Origin: a virus
Lineage: Duplodnaviria > Caudoviricetes
IMG/VR virus record: IMGVR_UViG_3300023174_000176
Location: 1-61,407 of that record
Strand: one strand, 5' to 3'
DNA length: 61,407 nucleotides
The notes beneath the pieces were generated by a model, which searched no databases, had not been told where the DNA came from, and was given only the letters and a program-made list of their open reading frames with translations. Numbering within the stretch: position 1 is the first letter of the stretch; every line of letters begins with the position of its first letter. Shown piece by piece: positions 41,643-52,035 of the stretch. The translations under genes and the position numbers were made by a program.

Positions 41643-42218
41643 ATGAGAGCAATAGAACTATACGAATCAGCCGCAAGTGAACTAGCTAAGAAACTTCCTA
41701 GCTTAGAGAAACACGACTATAATACCATTGATAAACTAATGAAAAATATAGCAAAAAAACATCAGATAACTGGTGATGCATTGCATGACTTATTTGTTAG
41801 AAAATATCACAAAACTCCGGACAGTTGGATTAAAGATAAACTAGATGAGAGTGGACAAGAAGATTTAAATAGTAATCCTATTGTACAGAAGTTTTTAGCT
41901 TGGACAAGTAAGAAGTTAAATTTACAAAGTACACCAAAGATAGAGTTTAGCTATGATAGTAAAGAAGCACAAGAAGGACATCATACTGGTAGACATAATC
42001 CAGAGACGGGTGAAGTATGGGTTTATTGTGCTAATAGAAATTTAGTAGATATATTTCGTACAGTATTCCATGAATTAGTTCATGTACGTCAAGGTGAATT
42101 AAATATGATTAAGCCTGGTGATAGTTATCCAGGTAGTCCTATAGAAGCAGAAGCAGATATGATGGCTGGAAAATATATTAAAATATTTGGTAAAGCACAT
42201 CCCGAAATTTTTCAATAA
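41643..42218 (+). CDS. HExxH zinc metallopeptidase-like protein with capsid-targeting-like N-terminus
   Basis: MRAIELYE; RTVFHELVH...IEAEA; CATAAATA at 41630. Confidence 0.7.
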   Translation: MRAIELYESAASELAKKLPSLEKHDYNTIDKLMKNIAKKHQITGDALHDLFVRKYHKTPDSWIKDKLDESGQEDLNSNPIVQKFLAWTSKKLNLQSTPKIEFSYDSKEAQEGHHTGRHNPETGEVWVYCANRNLVDIFRTVFHELVHVRQGELNMIKPGDSYPGSPIEAEADMMAGKYIKIFGKAHPEIFQ

Positions 42219-42228
42219 AGAGTAACAT

Positions 42229-43224
42229 ATGTCAGTAACAATAACAGGCGGAATATCATTTGGTGGAGGAGTAGGAATAACTGCCGGACCACCGACAATG
42301 CCTACAGCAGGATGGTTTGGTGGAGGTTATAATCTTGGTCCAGGTAGTGCAGGTAGGTCAACCGTAGAACGTATGACTTTTGCGACAGATACTTCTGCAT
42401 TGACTATCACCGGTCCTTTAAGTCAAGCTAGAAGGCAGTTAGGATCAGCGGGTACCCCTACTGCCGGCTGGTTTGCAGGTGGATATATTTTAGGTGGCGG
42501 GCCCGGCATCTTGTCCAGAGTAGATCGCATTACATATTCAACTGATACAGCAACTGCTAGCGTTCGTGGACCACTGGCTAGTGCTAGATACTATATTGCA
42601 GGCACTTCAAATTATACTACTAATGGCTGGTTTGGTGGAGGTGGTAACTTTGGTTCACCGGTATCTGCTGTACAAAGTATTACATATTCTACAGATACTG
42701 CAACTGCCGTTTTACGAGGACCATTAAGCATAGCAAGAACAGCAGTAAACTCAACAGGTACTAGTAGTTACGGATGGTTTATGGGAGGAGCCTCGCCAGG
42801 CGTGGTGTCTACTATAGACCGTATTGACTATTCAAATGATACTGCAACAGCAAGTATACGTGGTCCATTAGCATCCGCAAGATATACAGGTGTAGGAGCA
42901 GTTACTGATTTTACTACATATGGTTGGTACGGTGGAGGTAATTCCGGACCAACATCAACTCTGATACAACGTGTAACTTTTGCAACAGATACCGCAACCG
43001 CAACTAATCGCGGAACGTTATCAGGAGGTGTAAATCAATTTGGTGGTTCTGTTAATAACGGCACGTATGGCTGGATTGCTGGGGGCGGCACCCCACCTAA
43101 TGGTGGTGCAGGGAGTTCAGTTATACAACGTATTACATATGCAAATGATACCGTAGGAACAACTAATGTGAGTAATTTAAGTCTAGGTAAAGCATTTTTA
43201 GCTGGTAATTCAGGCGTACAATAA
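42229..43224 (+). CDS. Six-blade Kelch-like propeller protein 1
   Basis: Six GW(F/Y/I)xGG...RITY.TDTATA..RGPL repeats; ends SGVQ. Confidence 0.75.
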   Translation: MSVTITGGISFGGGVGITAGPPTMPTAGWFGGGYNLGPGSAGRSTVERMTFATDTSALTITGPLSQARRQLGSAGTPTAGWFAGGYILGGGPGILSRVDRITYSTDTATASVRGPLASARYYIAGTSNYTTNGWFGGGGNFGSPVSAVQSITYSTDTATAVLRGPLSIARTAVNSTGTSSYGWFMGGASPGVVSTIDRIDYSNDTATASIRGPLASARYTGVGAVTDFTTYGWYGGGNSGPTSTLIQRVTFATDTATATNRGTLSGGVNQFGGSVNNGTYGWIAGGGTPPNGGAGSSVIQRITYANDTVGTTNVSNLSLGKAFLAGNSGVQ

Positions 43225-43235
43225 AGGTAATAAAA

Positions 43236-43469
43236 ATGGCAATAGTATTTAGTGGTGGATTTATAGCAAGTGGATTTACAATAGTAGCAGGACCGGCGGG
43301 ATCTCCACCTAACACAGAGGCGTGGTTTGGCGGAGGTAGAGATTACTTCGGAATCATATTATCAACAATAAACCGTATTACATATGCAACTGATACAAAT
43401 ACAGCATCTGTACGTGGTCCATTAAGTTCAGTCAAATATCAACATGCAGCCGCAAGTAATATTCAATAA
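43236..43469 (+). CDS. Single-blade paralog
   Basis: Own RBS, N-peptide, one repeat, ends SNIQ. Confidence 0.7.
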   Translation: MAIVFSGGFIASGFTIVAGPAGSPPNTEAWFGGGRDYFGIILSTINRITYATDTNTASVRGPLSSVKYQHAAASNIQ

Positions 43470-43505
43470 TATTTTCATCACTGATATCCCCCGCTAAATA
43501 TCTAC

Positions 43506-44162
43506 ATGTCAATATTAATAGGAATGCCTTGCTACGGCGGAGTAGTATCAGATAAAACAACTAATGCCCTCTTTAAATTGGGTAAACAATTAGTTAGAAA
43601 TAACATAGATCACGGAATGCTCACACTTGCAAACGAAAGTTTAATAAGTCGTGGTCGCAGTCGTATAGCTAACTTCTTCATAAACAATACTAATTTTGAA
43701 TATCTGTTCTTTTTAGATAGCGATGTTGGTTTTGAAGCTGATGATGTACTAAAACTTCTTAATCACAATAAAGAAATGGTATGCGGTGCTTACCCAATGA
43801 AAACAATACCACTAAAATGGAACTTCACACTCACAGAACCAAAACACCGTGAAGGTGATCTAGTCGCTATAGATAAAATTGGTATCGGTTTCAGTCTCAT
43901 TCACCGTAACGTATTCATTCGTATAGCAAAACAATACCCAGAACTTAAATATACACCAACAAACGAAAGTACAACACATAACCCAACTGAAGATGAATAT
44001 AATAACAGCTATCACTACTTCCATGAAATGCGTCAAGGTGATATATATTTACCAGAAGATTTAAGCTTCTTTACAAGAGCACGTAATGTAGGAATGCAAG
44101 CTTGGATGGATACTAGTATCAATCTATGTCACGTTGGTAGTCATGTCTTTCAGGAACTATAA
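43506..44162 (+). CDS. GT-A fold glycosyltransferase-like protein
   Basis: GMPCYGG, SLISRGRS, FLDSDV, PEDLSF and CHVG. Confidence 0.7.
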   Translation: MSILIGMPCYGGVVSDKTTNALFKLGKQLVRNNIDHGMLTLANESLISRGRSRIANFFINNTNFEYLFFLDSDVGFEADDVLKLLNHNKEMVCGAYPMKTIPLKWNFTLTEPKHREGDLVAIDKIGIGFSLIHRNVFIRIAKQYPELKYTPTNESTTHNPTEDEYNNSYHYFHEMRQGDIYLPEDLSFFTRARNVGMQAWMDTSINLCHVGSHVFQEL

Positions 44163-44776
44163 TGAAAACTAATATTGTAATTATTGATGACTTCCTAGAT
44201 GACCCTTATCAAATGCGATTAAACGCATTAAACTCAAATTATCCAGAACCAAAAGATCATACATATCCGGGAAAAAACTCTGATAAATCTTACTTCACAG
44301 AAGAAATGCTAGAGAAGGTACAAAATCGTTGGGGTGATTACTTAATCCCAGCAGAAGGTAGTAGTTGTGGCTATTTTAGAATTAGTTTAGCAACTGATAC
44401 CTTTGAACAAAATATACATATTGATCCAGGATGGGATGTAGGTGGCGTACTATATCTTAATACACCAAATCAATGTCGTCCAGAATCTGGAACACACTTT
44501 TATTATCATAACAGATTGGGTATAGAACGTGCACCAGCTACACCAGAAGAAGGTAAGTTCTTAGGATTTAGTTGTTATGAAGAAATACGTAAAAATATAA
44601 TATATGGTGATGGGCTTGATAAAAGTTTATGGACACGTTATGCATCTAGTCCAATGAAATATAATCGTTTAGTATTGTTTGATCCACTATTATGGCACAG
44701 TCATGGTGATAACTTTGGTGACTGTTTAGATAACGGCAGATTGGTTATGTTGTTCTTCTTTACTAAACAAAAATGA
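44162..44776 (+). CDS. 2OG-Fe(II) oxygenase-like protein (DUF6445-like)
   Basis: IIDDFLDDP, YPG, HID, GVLYLN, GTHFY, YNRLVLF..H and R.V.LFF. Confidence 0.7.
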   Translation: MKTNIVIIDDFLDDPYQMRLNALNSNYPEPKDHTYPGKNSDKSYFTEEMLEKVQNRWGDYLIPAEGSSCGYFRISLATDTFEQNIHIDPGWDVGGVLYLNTPNQCRPESGTHFYYHNRLGIERAPATPEEGKFLGFSCYEEIRKNIIYGDGLDKSLWTRYASSPMKYNRLVLFDPLLWHSHGDNFGDCLDNGRLVMLFFFTKQK

Positions 44777-45267
44777 AATCAGCTTACTACGTACCAAACT
44801 TCCCAATAAATCGTATCACGCAAACCGGTGAAGATGGTTGGTGTCATATGCCAAATCATCCACGTAGTCGTTATGATTATTTGGGTGCTATATTAGAACA
44901 TATGGATAACAGTAAACGTATTGACCCAATACAAATAATTATACATGATGAACAACAAGTACATGCTGGACCAAGTGGTGTATCCAGATTGTTTGCATTA
45001 ACACATCAAAGACAGTATACTCATATACCCTGTATCGTAAGTAGTGAAATATGTTATGAATGGTTTGGTGAAGATGTGGTTAAGATTAACACTACCGAAG
45101 AACTGTTAAGTTACTTTGATCCTAATTATTTACCTAAAAGCTATAGTTTAGATAACGGTGCATTTTGGCATAATGGTGCATGGAGTTATGAGGAACTAGA
45201 ACGTACTATGAATGTATCAGAAGCTACAAAATTACGTATGAAACAAATGATGACAGAAACAAATTAA
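44773..45267 (+). CDS. Hypothetical protein, weakly ParB/sulfiredoxin-like
   Basis: DPIQIII...G.SRLFAL...IPCIV pattern. Confidence 0.45.
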   Translation: MKSAYYVPNFPINRITQTGEDGWCHMPNHPRSRYDYLGAILEHMDNSKRIDPIQIIIHDEQQVHAGPSGVSRLFALTHQRQYTHIPCIVSSEICYEWFGEDVVKINTTEELLSYFDPNYLPKSYSLDNGAFWHNGAWSYEELERTMNVSEATKLRMKQMMTETN

Positions 45268-45268
45268 A

Positions 45269-46114
45269 ATGAAACAAGAATTCTTTTTTTATAGTGGATT
45301 ACCAAGAGCTGGTGGAACAATGTTAGCTTCGGTAATGAACCAACATCCAGACTTATATGTAAGCCCATTAAGCCCAACTGTAGAGTTATTGTATTACACA
45401 GAGAAATATTTTGATGAAGGTAGTGAAGCGTATAGTGCTAATCCACAACCGTTAGCTAAACAGAGTGTATTAGAATCATTACCAAGAGAGTATTATAAGA
45501 ATATACCTAAAAAGTATATTATGGATAACAATAGAGCTTGGCCTAACAATACTGATAGAATTTGTAGATTTATGACTACTAAGCCAAAGATTGTATGTAT
45601 TGTACGAGATATACCATCTATACTAGCTAGTTTTATTGATTTAGTAAATCGTAGTAATAATCCAGGAGAGAACTTCATTGACCGTTGGTTAGTAGATAAT
45701 CGTATGGAATTGAACACTAGAAATCGTTGTTATTATTTGATGCAACCAACTGGGATTGTGAATCAGAGTTTATGGAGTATGTATCAGGGTTACAACAATC
45801 CAAGTATAAAAGCTTGTATGCATATAGTAGAGTATGACAATTTGATTAGTAAACCAGAAGAAACGATGAGTAATATTGTTGATTTTTTAGATATTCCATC
45901 ATATAAATTTGTGTTTAACAAGATTGAGAATGTAACGCCTGTAGATGATGTAACTTACAATTTAGAGGGTATGCATAGTGTACGACCTAAGCTAGCTAGT
46001 AGGAATTTAGATCCTATGGAGATATTAGGCCCTGAGTTAGTTAAGCAGTATTCTGGTTTAGAGTATTGGAGAGAAGCTAAGAAACCGAGTAAAATCAAGC
46101 TGTTTAGTATATAA
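45269..46114 (+). CDS. Sulfotransferase-family protein
   Basis: 5'-PSB loop SGLPRAGGTML, 3'-PB motif VRD....LAS and VEYDNL...PE. Confidence 0.8.
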   Translation: MKQEFFFYSGLPRAGGTMLASVMNQHPDLYVSPLSPTVELLYYTEKYFDEGSEAYSANPQPLAKQSVLESLPREYYKNIPKKYIMDNNRAWPNNTDRICRFMTTKPKIVCIVRDIPSILASFIDLVNRSNNPGENFIDRWLVDNRMELNTRNRCYYLMQPTGIVNQSLWSMYQGYNNPSIKACMHIVEYDNLISKPEETMSNIVDFLDIPSYKFVFNKIENVTPVDDVTYNLEGMHSVRPKLASRNLDPMEILGPELVKQYSGLEYWREAKKPSKIKLFSI

Positions 46115-46146
46115 TATTTGATAAATATACTAACGAGAGATAAATT

Positions 46147-47100
46147 ATGCCAGTAACGATAACAGCAGGAGTAACATTTAGCGGTGGTGGATTGACTATG
46201 GCCTTTGCACCTACACAAGCAACAGCAAGTTGGGCGGCAGGTGGTTATCCTCCATTAACTAGGTCAACAGTAAATAGGATAACATATGCCACTGATACTG
46301 CTACTGCTAGTGTTAGAGGTTCATTAACAGGTAACAATCAAACAGCCGCAGGCACCGGAACTACTATATATGGTTGGTTTGGTGGAGGATACACAACAGC
46401 CACTTATTATAGCACTATACAACGAATAACCTACACAAATGACACTGTTACAGCAACAAATAGAAGTACACTAAGTAATTCTCCTTCTAGTTTAGCAGCA
46501 AGTACAGACGGAACAACATATGGTTGGTTTGGTGGCGGTGATACCCCTGGTGCCGGTAACACATCACTTGTACAACGTTTAACTTTTGCAACAGATACTG
46601 CAGGTACTACTACTAAGGGTCCATTAAGCCTTGCAAGAAGTCAATTTAATGGTATGGGTACTAGTAGTTATGGTTGGTTTGGTGGCGGAGCAGTGCCTGC
46701 ATCAGTATCCAGAGTAGATCGTATTGATTATGCAAATGATACTGCTACTGCTAGCGTCCGTGGTGCGTTAACATCGGCGGTATATGGTGCTGCCGCAATC
46801 AGTGACGGTAGTACTTATGGATACTTCATTGCAGGAATTCCGTATACTAGTGTTACACAACGTATTACTTTTGCAAATGATACAGGACTGGCAACTACTA
46901 GAGGTCCTTATTGGACTGTTATATACGGTGCATCTGGATCAGGTAATGACACATTTGGATATGTTACTGCAGGAAACACCGGTACACCAATCTCTACTGT
47001 AGGACGCATCACATATGCAACTGATACAGCAACCGCAAGTCAGCGTGGTCCTATGACTTATTCTGCCTTCAATATAGCATCAAGTGCAGGTATACAATAA
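46147..47100 (+). CDS. Six-blade Kelch-like propeller protein 2
   Basis: Six repeats; ends AGIQ; late promoter at 46120. Confidence 0.75.
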   Translation: MPVTITAGVTFSGGGLTMAFAPTQATASWAAGGYPPLTRSTVNRITYATDTATASVRGSLTGNNQTAAGTGTTIYGWFGGGYTTATYYSTIQRITYTNDTVTATNRSTLSNSPSSLAASTDGTTYGWFGGGDTPGAGNTSLVQRLTFATDTAGTTTKGPLSLARSQFNGMGTSSYGWFGGGAVPASVSRVDRIDYANDTATASVRGALTSAVYGAAAISDGSTYGYFIAGIPYTSVTQRITFANDTGLATTRGPYWTVIYGASGSGNDTFGYVTAGNTGTPISTVGRITYATDTATASQRGPMTYSAFNIASSAGIQ

Positions 47101-47107
47101 ACAACCA

Positions 47108-48928
47108 ATGATCTCTGGCGCTACCCAATCTGGGTTTCACTTTCTACAAGAACATATCAACTTCCCAACTGATACTTCAGTAGATTTTGACCCGCATAAA
47201 CTAATCAATAGCAATAAACAAATAAAAATACTATGGGCACACTATGCTCATGATCAACCAATATTCTTAAACGTTGATTGGACTAAAATAACACATATAG
47301 TATGTGTAAGTGATTGGCAACGACAACAATTCATTAAGTATCTTAATATACCAAAACATAAAATATCTGTAATACGCAACGGTGGTGCAGATTATTTTAC
47401 ATACAAAGAAAAAACAAACAAAACTCTTATATACGCTAGTACACCATTTCGTGGACTAAAATATCTACCCTATATCTTTAAACAAGTATTAAAACAACAT
47501 CCAGATGCTATACTAAAAGTATTCTCGGGTATGAAATTATACGGAGATAATGATACACAAGAGTTCAAACAGATATACAATGAACTAAAAAACACCCCAA
47601 ATACATTCTATAATGAACCAATAACTCATCAACAACTAGCTAATGAGTTTAGAGAAGCATCAGTATTGGTTTATCCGAATATATGGGAAGAAACAAGCTG
47701 TGTAACATTGATAGAAGCAATGCGTTCAGGATGTTACCCAATATTAAGTGATATAGGTGCATTACCCGAAACAAGTAATGGTTATGGAACAATAGTGCCA
47801 TTAGATGCAACATATCATCCAAGTGGATGGATACCAAGCAAACAGTTTTTAGATGTGTTTGCAGATAATATTTGCCAAGCATTAACTCAAACTAAATATC
47901 ATCATACAAAAGAACAAGCTGAGTGGGCTTGTGAATATTATAACTGGAATACTATTGCCATTCAATGGCATACACTATTAAACAAACTATCAACAAAAGG
48001 ATCAACAATGAAAAAGAAAATGGAAATATCTAATCTAACATCACATACAGGTGATAAGATTGTGCATGATGAGAAAGTACTAACCCAAGTATTTGATGAA
48101 ATATTCCGTTGGGAAGAAGCAGATAAAGAACATGCTCAAGGGCGTAGCAATTTCCAAATTGAAAAGTTTATTGCACTAGATAACTATACTATTCCAAGTG
48201 CGTTCAATGCTATGTTGAAGAATCGTAGAATTATGGCAGAAGGCTTATTCAGCAAAATTACTGAGATGAAAGAACATCAACGTGAGTTTGATTATAAGTG
48301 GAACAAGAAAAACAAAGAAGAACCAATTCAATGGCCAACTAAAGATGGTGGCACTAAGTTGTGCTGGTATGATTTGGATTATTTGAATCTACAAAACTTC
48401 TTAAAGAGTAGTGAGTTAGAGATTCGTGATCGGGTACAACAGATTGCTACGTTTGATAAGATATTAGATAGATTAGTAGAACAGAATGGTGGTCCAATCA
48501 CACGTGAACAGTTTGAGAGTGAAGACCATGTATATTGGGAGCGTAGATTAGCTAACCAAGCTATGGATGAGATGATTAGTCGTAACACTGGTATTGGTGT
48601 TGGTAACATTCACAGTATGCGTAGAGCCAGTGCTCCTACATTGATTTCTGGTGATGTAAATCGTGTTAAGAATGACTTCCCTGATTTAGGTAAAGCGTTG
48701 ACTGGTGGTGAACATAGTGTAGAGTTCTTATTAGAGTTACAGAAGAAAGTTGTTGCTGGTATTGAAGAAGTTACCAGTAGTGATATTTTATCATTAGCTA
48801 ATGAGAAGGTTACTGAGCGTATTGGCATTACTGAAAGATTAGATAGAATGCATGAGAAGCCATCAACACATAGTAAACCAGAAGTTTCTCCAAAAAGTTT
48901 GTTCAATGACAAATGGAATAGTAAATGA
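47108..48928 (+). CDS. GT-B (GT4-like) glycosyltransferase fused to a helical C-terminal domain
   Basis: VCVSDWQ, YASTPFRGL, ETSCVTLIEAM and GALPET. Start set to ATG 47108. Confidence 0.8.
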   Translation: MISGATQSGFHFLQEHINFPTDTSVDFDPHKLINSNKQIKILWAHYAHDQPIFLNVDWTKITHIVCVSDWQRQQFIKYLNIPKHKISVIRNGGADYFTYKEKTNKTLIYASTPFRGLKYLPYIFKQVLKQHPDAILKVFSGMKLYGDNDTQEFKQIYNELKNTPNTFYNEPITHQQLANEFREASVLVYPNIWEETSCVTLIEAMRSGCYPILSDIGALPETSNGYGTIVPLDATYHPSGWIPSKQFLDVFADNICQALTQTKYHHTKEQAEWACEYYNWNTIAIQWHTLLNKLSTKGSTMKKKMEISNLTSHTGDKIVHDEKVLTQVFDEIFRWEEADKEHAQGRSNFQIEKFIALDNYTIPSAFNAMLKNRRIMAEGLFSKITEMKEHQREFDYKWNKKNKEEPIQWPTKDGGTKLCWYDLDYLNLQNFLKSSELEIRDRVQQIATFDKILDRLVEQNGGPITREQFESEDHVYWERRLANQAMDEMISRNTGIGVGNIHSMRRASAPTLISGDVNRVKNDFPDLGKALTGGEHSVEFLLELQKKVVAGIEEVTSSDILSLANEKVTERIGITERLDRMHEKPSTHSKPEVSPKSLFNDKWNSK

Positions 48929-49629
48929 AAAACAATTTATTAACTAACATATTGATTGCACCCAATGTGATTTCCAAAGAGGGTGTAGCTTTTATTATAG
49001 AGCATGCCAAGAGACAGAAGAAAGTTGATTTATCTGTATTTGATCCAGAACAAAGTAACAAGAGTAAAGATACCAAGTTTAGTGTAGATAAGAAGGTTAG
49101 AGATACACAGATGATTGACCTAGAAGATATTGCTAGTGAGATTATTGATTTGTTTCGTAATGTTGTAACCAATGTTATTAATCCATTTTATGAGTTTGAG
49201 GTTAAAGATTCTGAGTTACCGCAGTTATTACATTATGGTATAGATGGGCATTATATGCCACATTGTGATGGAGAGTCGTTATGGAAGCCACCAGGAAATG
49301 AGCCATTAATTTGGCGTAAGAGTACTGATAGAGATTTGAGTACAGTATTATTTTTAAATGATGATTTTGAAGGTGGTGATTTTGTATTCCCTGAATTAAA
49401 AATTAGAGTTCGGCCAGAGCCAGGAATGTTAGTTTGTTTCCCCTCTACGCATGAGTATTTGCATGGTGTTGAGCCAATTACTAAAGGAACCAGATATAGT
49501 ATTGTTAATTGGATGACAGTTAAGGGTTTTCTAAGTATGGAAGAAGAAACTCAGATGATTAATCATAAATACAATATAGGTATTGATAAGCCTATTAATA
49601 AAAAGGAAAAAACATGGCTAAGTACATAA
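48925..49629 (+). CDS. Prolyl-4-hydroxylase-like 2OG-Fe(II) oxygenase
   Basis: HY.PHCD, STVLFLNDDFEGG, FPS...HGVEPITKGTRYSIVNW. Confidence 0.85.
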   Translation: MKNNLLTNILIAPNVISKEGVAFIIEHAKRQKKVDLSVFDPEQSNKSKDTKFSVDKKVRDTQMIDLEDIASEIIDLFRNVVTNVINPFYEFEVKDSELPQLLHYGIDGHYMPHCDGESLWKPPGNEPLIWRKSTDRDLSTVLFLNDDFEGGDFVFPELKIRVRPEPGMLVCFPSTHEYLHGVEPITKGTRYSIVNWMTVKGFLSMEEETQMINHKYNIGIDKPINKKEKTWLST

Positions 49630-50027
49630 AGCATTATTACGTAGATGGTGAGAATTTAGTAGAGTTCTTTGTTGATAAGAACATGGGACCAAATGGTAAG
49701 ACACATCCAAGAATTGATGGATTAGACGTTAAGTTTTGGTTTGTAGACAATAATGGAATTGATTATTGTATGAGTGTAGTACCGGATGAGACTATAATTG
49801 TTCCGACAAATGGATTAGGTGAAGGCACCTATGAGCAGTGGTCCAATGAAGTTGCTGGCCAATTTGAAGCACAGAGAGCAAGTGTAGCCAGTAATAGTGA
49901 TATGTTGACACGTTTGGGTAAGACTGAAGCTGAAGTATTAGCTATGAGTTTTGACAATAGTAGTGTTGATTCAATGTTAGCTAGTTTTGCTCAACTTGTA
50001 CCCGCACCTGAAAACTTAGGTAGTTAA
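49614..50027 (+). CDS. Hypothetical protein
   Basis: 137 aa, AAGGA RBS. Confidence 0.6.
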   Translation: MAKYIKHYYVDGENLVEFFVDKNMGPNGKTHPRIDGLDVKFWFVDNNGIDYCMSVVPDETIIVPTNGLGEGTYEQWSNEVAGQFEAQRASVASNSDMLTRLGKTEAEVLAMSFDNSSVDSMLASFAQLVPAPENLGS

Positions 50028-50050
50028 TTCTTGTTCTAAGCCATAGTAGT

Positions 50051-50070
50051 TATAAATAGTGTGATAAATA
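50051..50070 (+). promoter_or_regulatory. Tandem T4-like late promoters
   Basis: TATAAATA (50051) and GATAAATA (50063) before the propeller array. Confidence 0.65.
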
Positions 50071-50091
50071 CACTATGTTAAAGGAAAAGAT

Positions 50092-51048
50092 ATGGCGATT
50101 GAAATAGGACCAGGTTGGACAATAGGTGGTGGGATAACAGTTTCAACTCCGCCGCCATCAGAAGCAACTGCTGGTTGGTATGCAGGCGGTGCTCCTCCAT
50201 ACGTACTATCAACGATTCAGAGGGTTACTTTTGCAACAGATACAGCAACTGCTAGTAACCGCGGTCCGTTAACGGTAGCTCGTATGACTGCAGGAGCAGT
50301 TAGCACACTTACATATGGATGGGTAGCTGCTGGCTATTTTCCAGAAACATCAACTGTAGAACGTATTACTTTTGCAAGCGACACCGGTGCAACAAGTACA
50401 AGAGGCCCGGTTCTATCAAGAAATGCATTAAGTGGTGCAGGAAATGATACCTATGGTTGGTTTAGTGGATGGGACAATCCCCCACCCGGAAAATCAACAG
50501 TAGACCGTATTACATATGCAAACGATACCGCAACTGCAAGTGTGCGTGGTCCATTAAGCGCAGCCAAAAGGTATATGGGTTCCACTGGTAATAGTAGTTA
50601 TGGTTGGTGGGCCGGCGGCCTAGCCTCTCCAGGTACTACCGTATATGCTACTATGGACCGTATTGATTATGCAAATGATACTGCTACTGCTAGTGTTCGC
50701 GGAAGCTTAAATGTAGCAACGACAGGTTTATCAGCAACGACCGATACATCAACTTATGGTTGGTTTGCCGGTGGGTCAACTTCTCCGGGATCTATTGTAT
50801 CTAATATAGATAGAATGACATTTGCCAATGATACTGCAACTACATCTGCACGTGGACCATTAACACTAGCTAAAACTAAGATAGGCGGTACCGGAAATAC
50901 AACGTACGGATATTACGGTGGAGGAAATAGCCCGGCTGTATCTACTGTACAGCGTATTACATATGCAACTGATACAGCAACGGCCAGTACAAGAGGGCCA
51001 TTAGTTGCAGCCGCATATGGTACTGCTGCATGTTCAGGAATACAATAA
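50092..51048 (+). CDS. Six-blade Kelch-like propeller protein 3
   Basis: Six repeats; ends SGIQ. Confidence 0.75.
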   Translation: MAIEIGPGWTIGGGITVSTPPPSEATAGWYAGGAPPYVLSTIQRVTFATDTATASNRGPLTVARMTAGAVSTLTYGWVAAGYFPETSTVERITFASDTGATSTRGPVLSRNALSGAGNDTYGWFSGWDNPPPGKSTVDRITYANDTATASVRGPLSAAKRYMGSTGNSSYGWWAGGLASPGTTVYATMDRIDYANDTATASVRGSLNVATTGLSATTDTSTYGWFAGGSTSPGSIVSNIDRMTFANDTATTSARGPLTLAKTKIGGTGNTTYGYYGGGNSPAVSTVQRITYATDTATASTRGPLVAAAYGTAACSGIQ

Positions 51049-51063
51049 AATAAAGGTTAAATA

Positions 51064-52020
51064 ATGAGTATAACAATATCAGGTGGATTTACAATGGCAG
51101 GCGGTGGATTTACACTAGTTCCCCCACCCTCAACAAATCCAACTGCAGGATGGTTTGGTGGCGGATCATATGGCGGATACAAATCATTGGTAAACCGTAT
51201 TACATTTGCAACTGATACAGCTACTGCATCAGTTAGAGGTCCTTTGAGTTTGGCTAGAGGAGGTCTTGCTGGCACCGGTAATACAACATATGGTTGGTTT
51301 GGTGGTGGTACCGGACCAACTACTTCATTAGTGGACCGTATTACGTACTCAACTGACACCGATACTGCAACTACTAGAGGTCCGTTAACGGCTGTTGCTT
51401 ATGGACAGGGAGCTACTGGTACATCAACTAATGGCTGGTTTGGTGGTGGATTTGTTGGCGGTAACGTTTCTGCTGTTTATAGAATAACATACGTTACAGA
51501 TACTGCAACTGCAAGTTCACGTGGCCCGTTAAGTTCTGCTAGATATGGTTTGGCAGCAACTACAGATAATACTACATATGGGTGGTTTGGTGGCGGTGCT
51601 AACGCTGCTCCAAGATCAATAGTGGATCGTATTACATATGCAACAGATACTGATACAGCAAGCGTAAGAGGTTCACTAACTGAAGTTAGTAGATTTAATG
51701 CCGGTACCGGCACTACAACTTATGGATATTTTGCAGGAGGTTACTTTCCGGCAGCTCCTTACTATCTGTCTATTGTAAATAGGATAACATATGCAACTGA
51801 TACTGCTACTGCAACTGCACGTGGCCCATTAAGTCAAGCAAGGACTCAGTTAGCGGCTGTTGGCAATGATACTTATGGATATTTTGGTGGTGGAGATGGT
51901 TCCCCTGCTACTTCTACTATAGACCGTATTACATATGCAACCGATACTGCAACCGCTACTAGTGTAGGACCAATGAGTCAAGTAAATAGACTTTATGCAG
52001 GAACTTCGGGTATACAATAA
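51064..52020 (+). CDS. Six-blade Kelch-like propeller protein 4
   Basis: Six repeats; ends SGIQ. Confidence 0.75.
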   Translation: MSITISGGFTMAGGGFTLVPPPSTNPTAGWFGGGSYGGYKSLVNRITFATDTATASVRGPLSLARGGLAGTGNTTYGWFGGGTGPTTSLVDRITYSTDTDTATTRGPLTAVAYGQGATGTSTNGWFGGGFVGGNVSAVYRITYVTDTATASSRGPLSSARYGLAATTDNTTYGWFGGGANAAPRSIVDRITYATDTDTASVRGSLTEVSRFNAGTGTTTYGYFAGGYFPAAPYYLSIVNRITYATDTATATARGPLSQARTQLAAVGNDTYGYFGGGDGSPATSTIDRITYATDTATATSVGPMSQVNRLYAGTSGIQ

Positions 52021-52035
52021 AATAAAGGAATAAGA

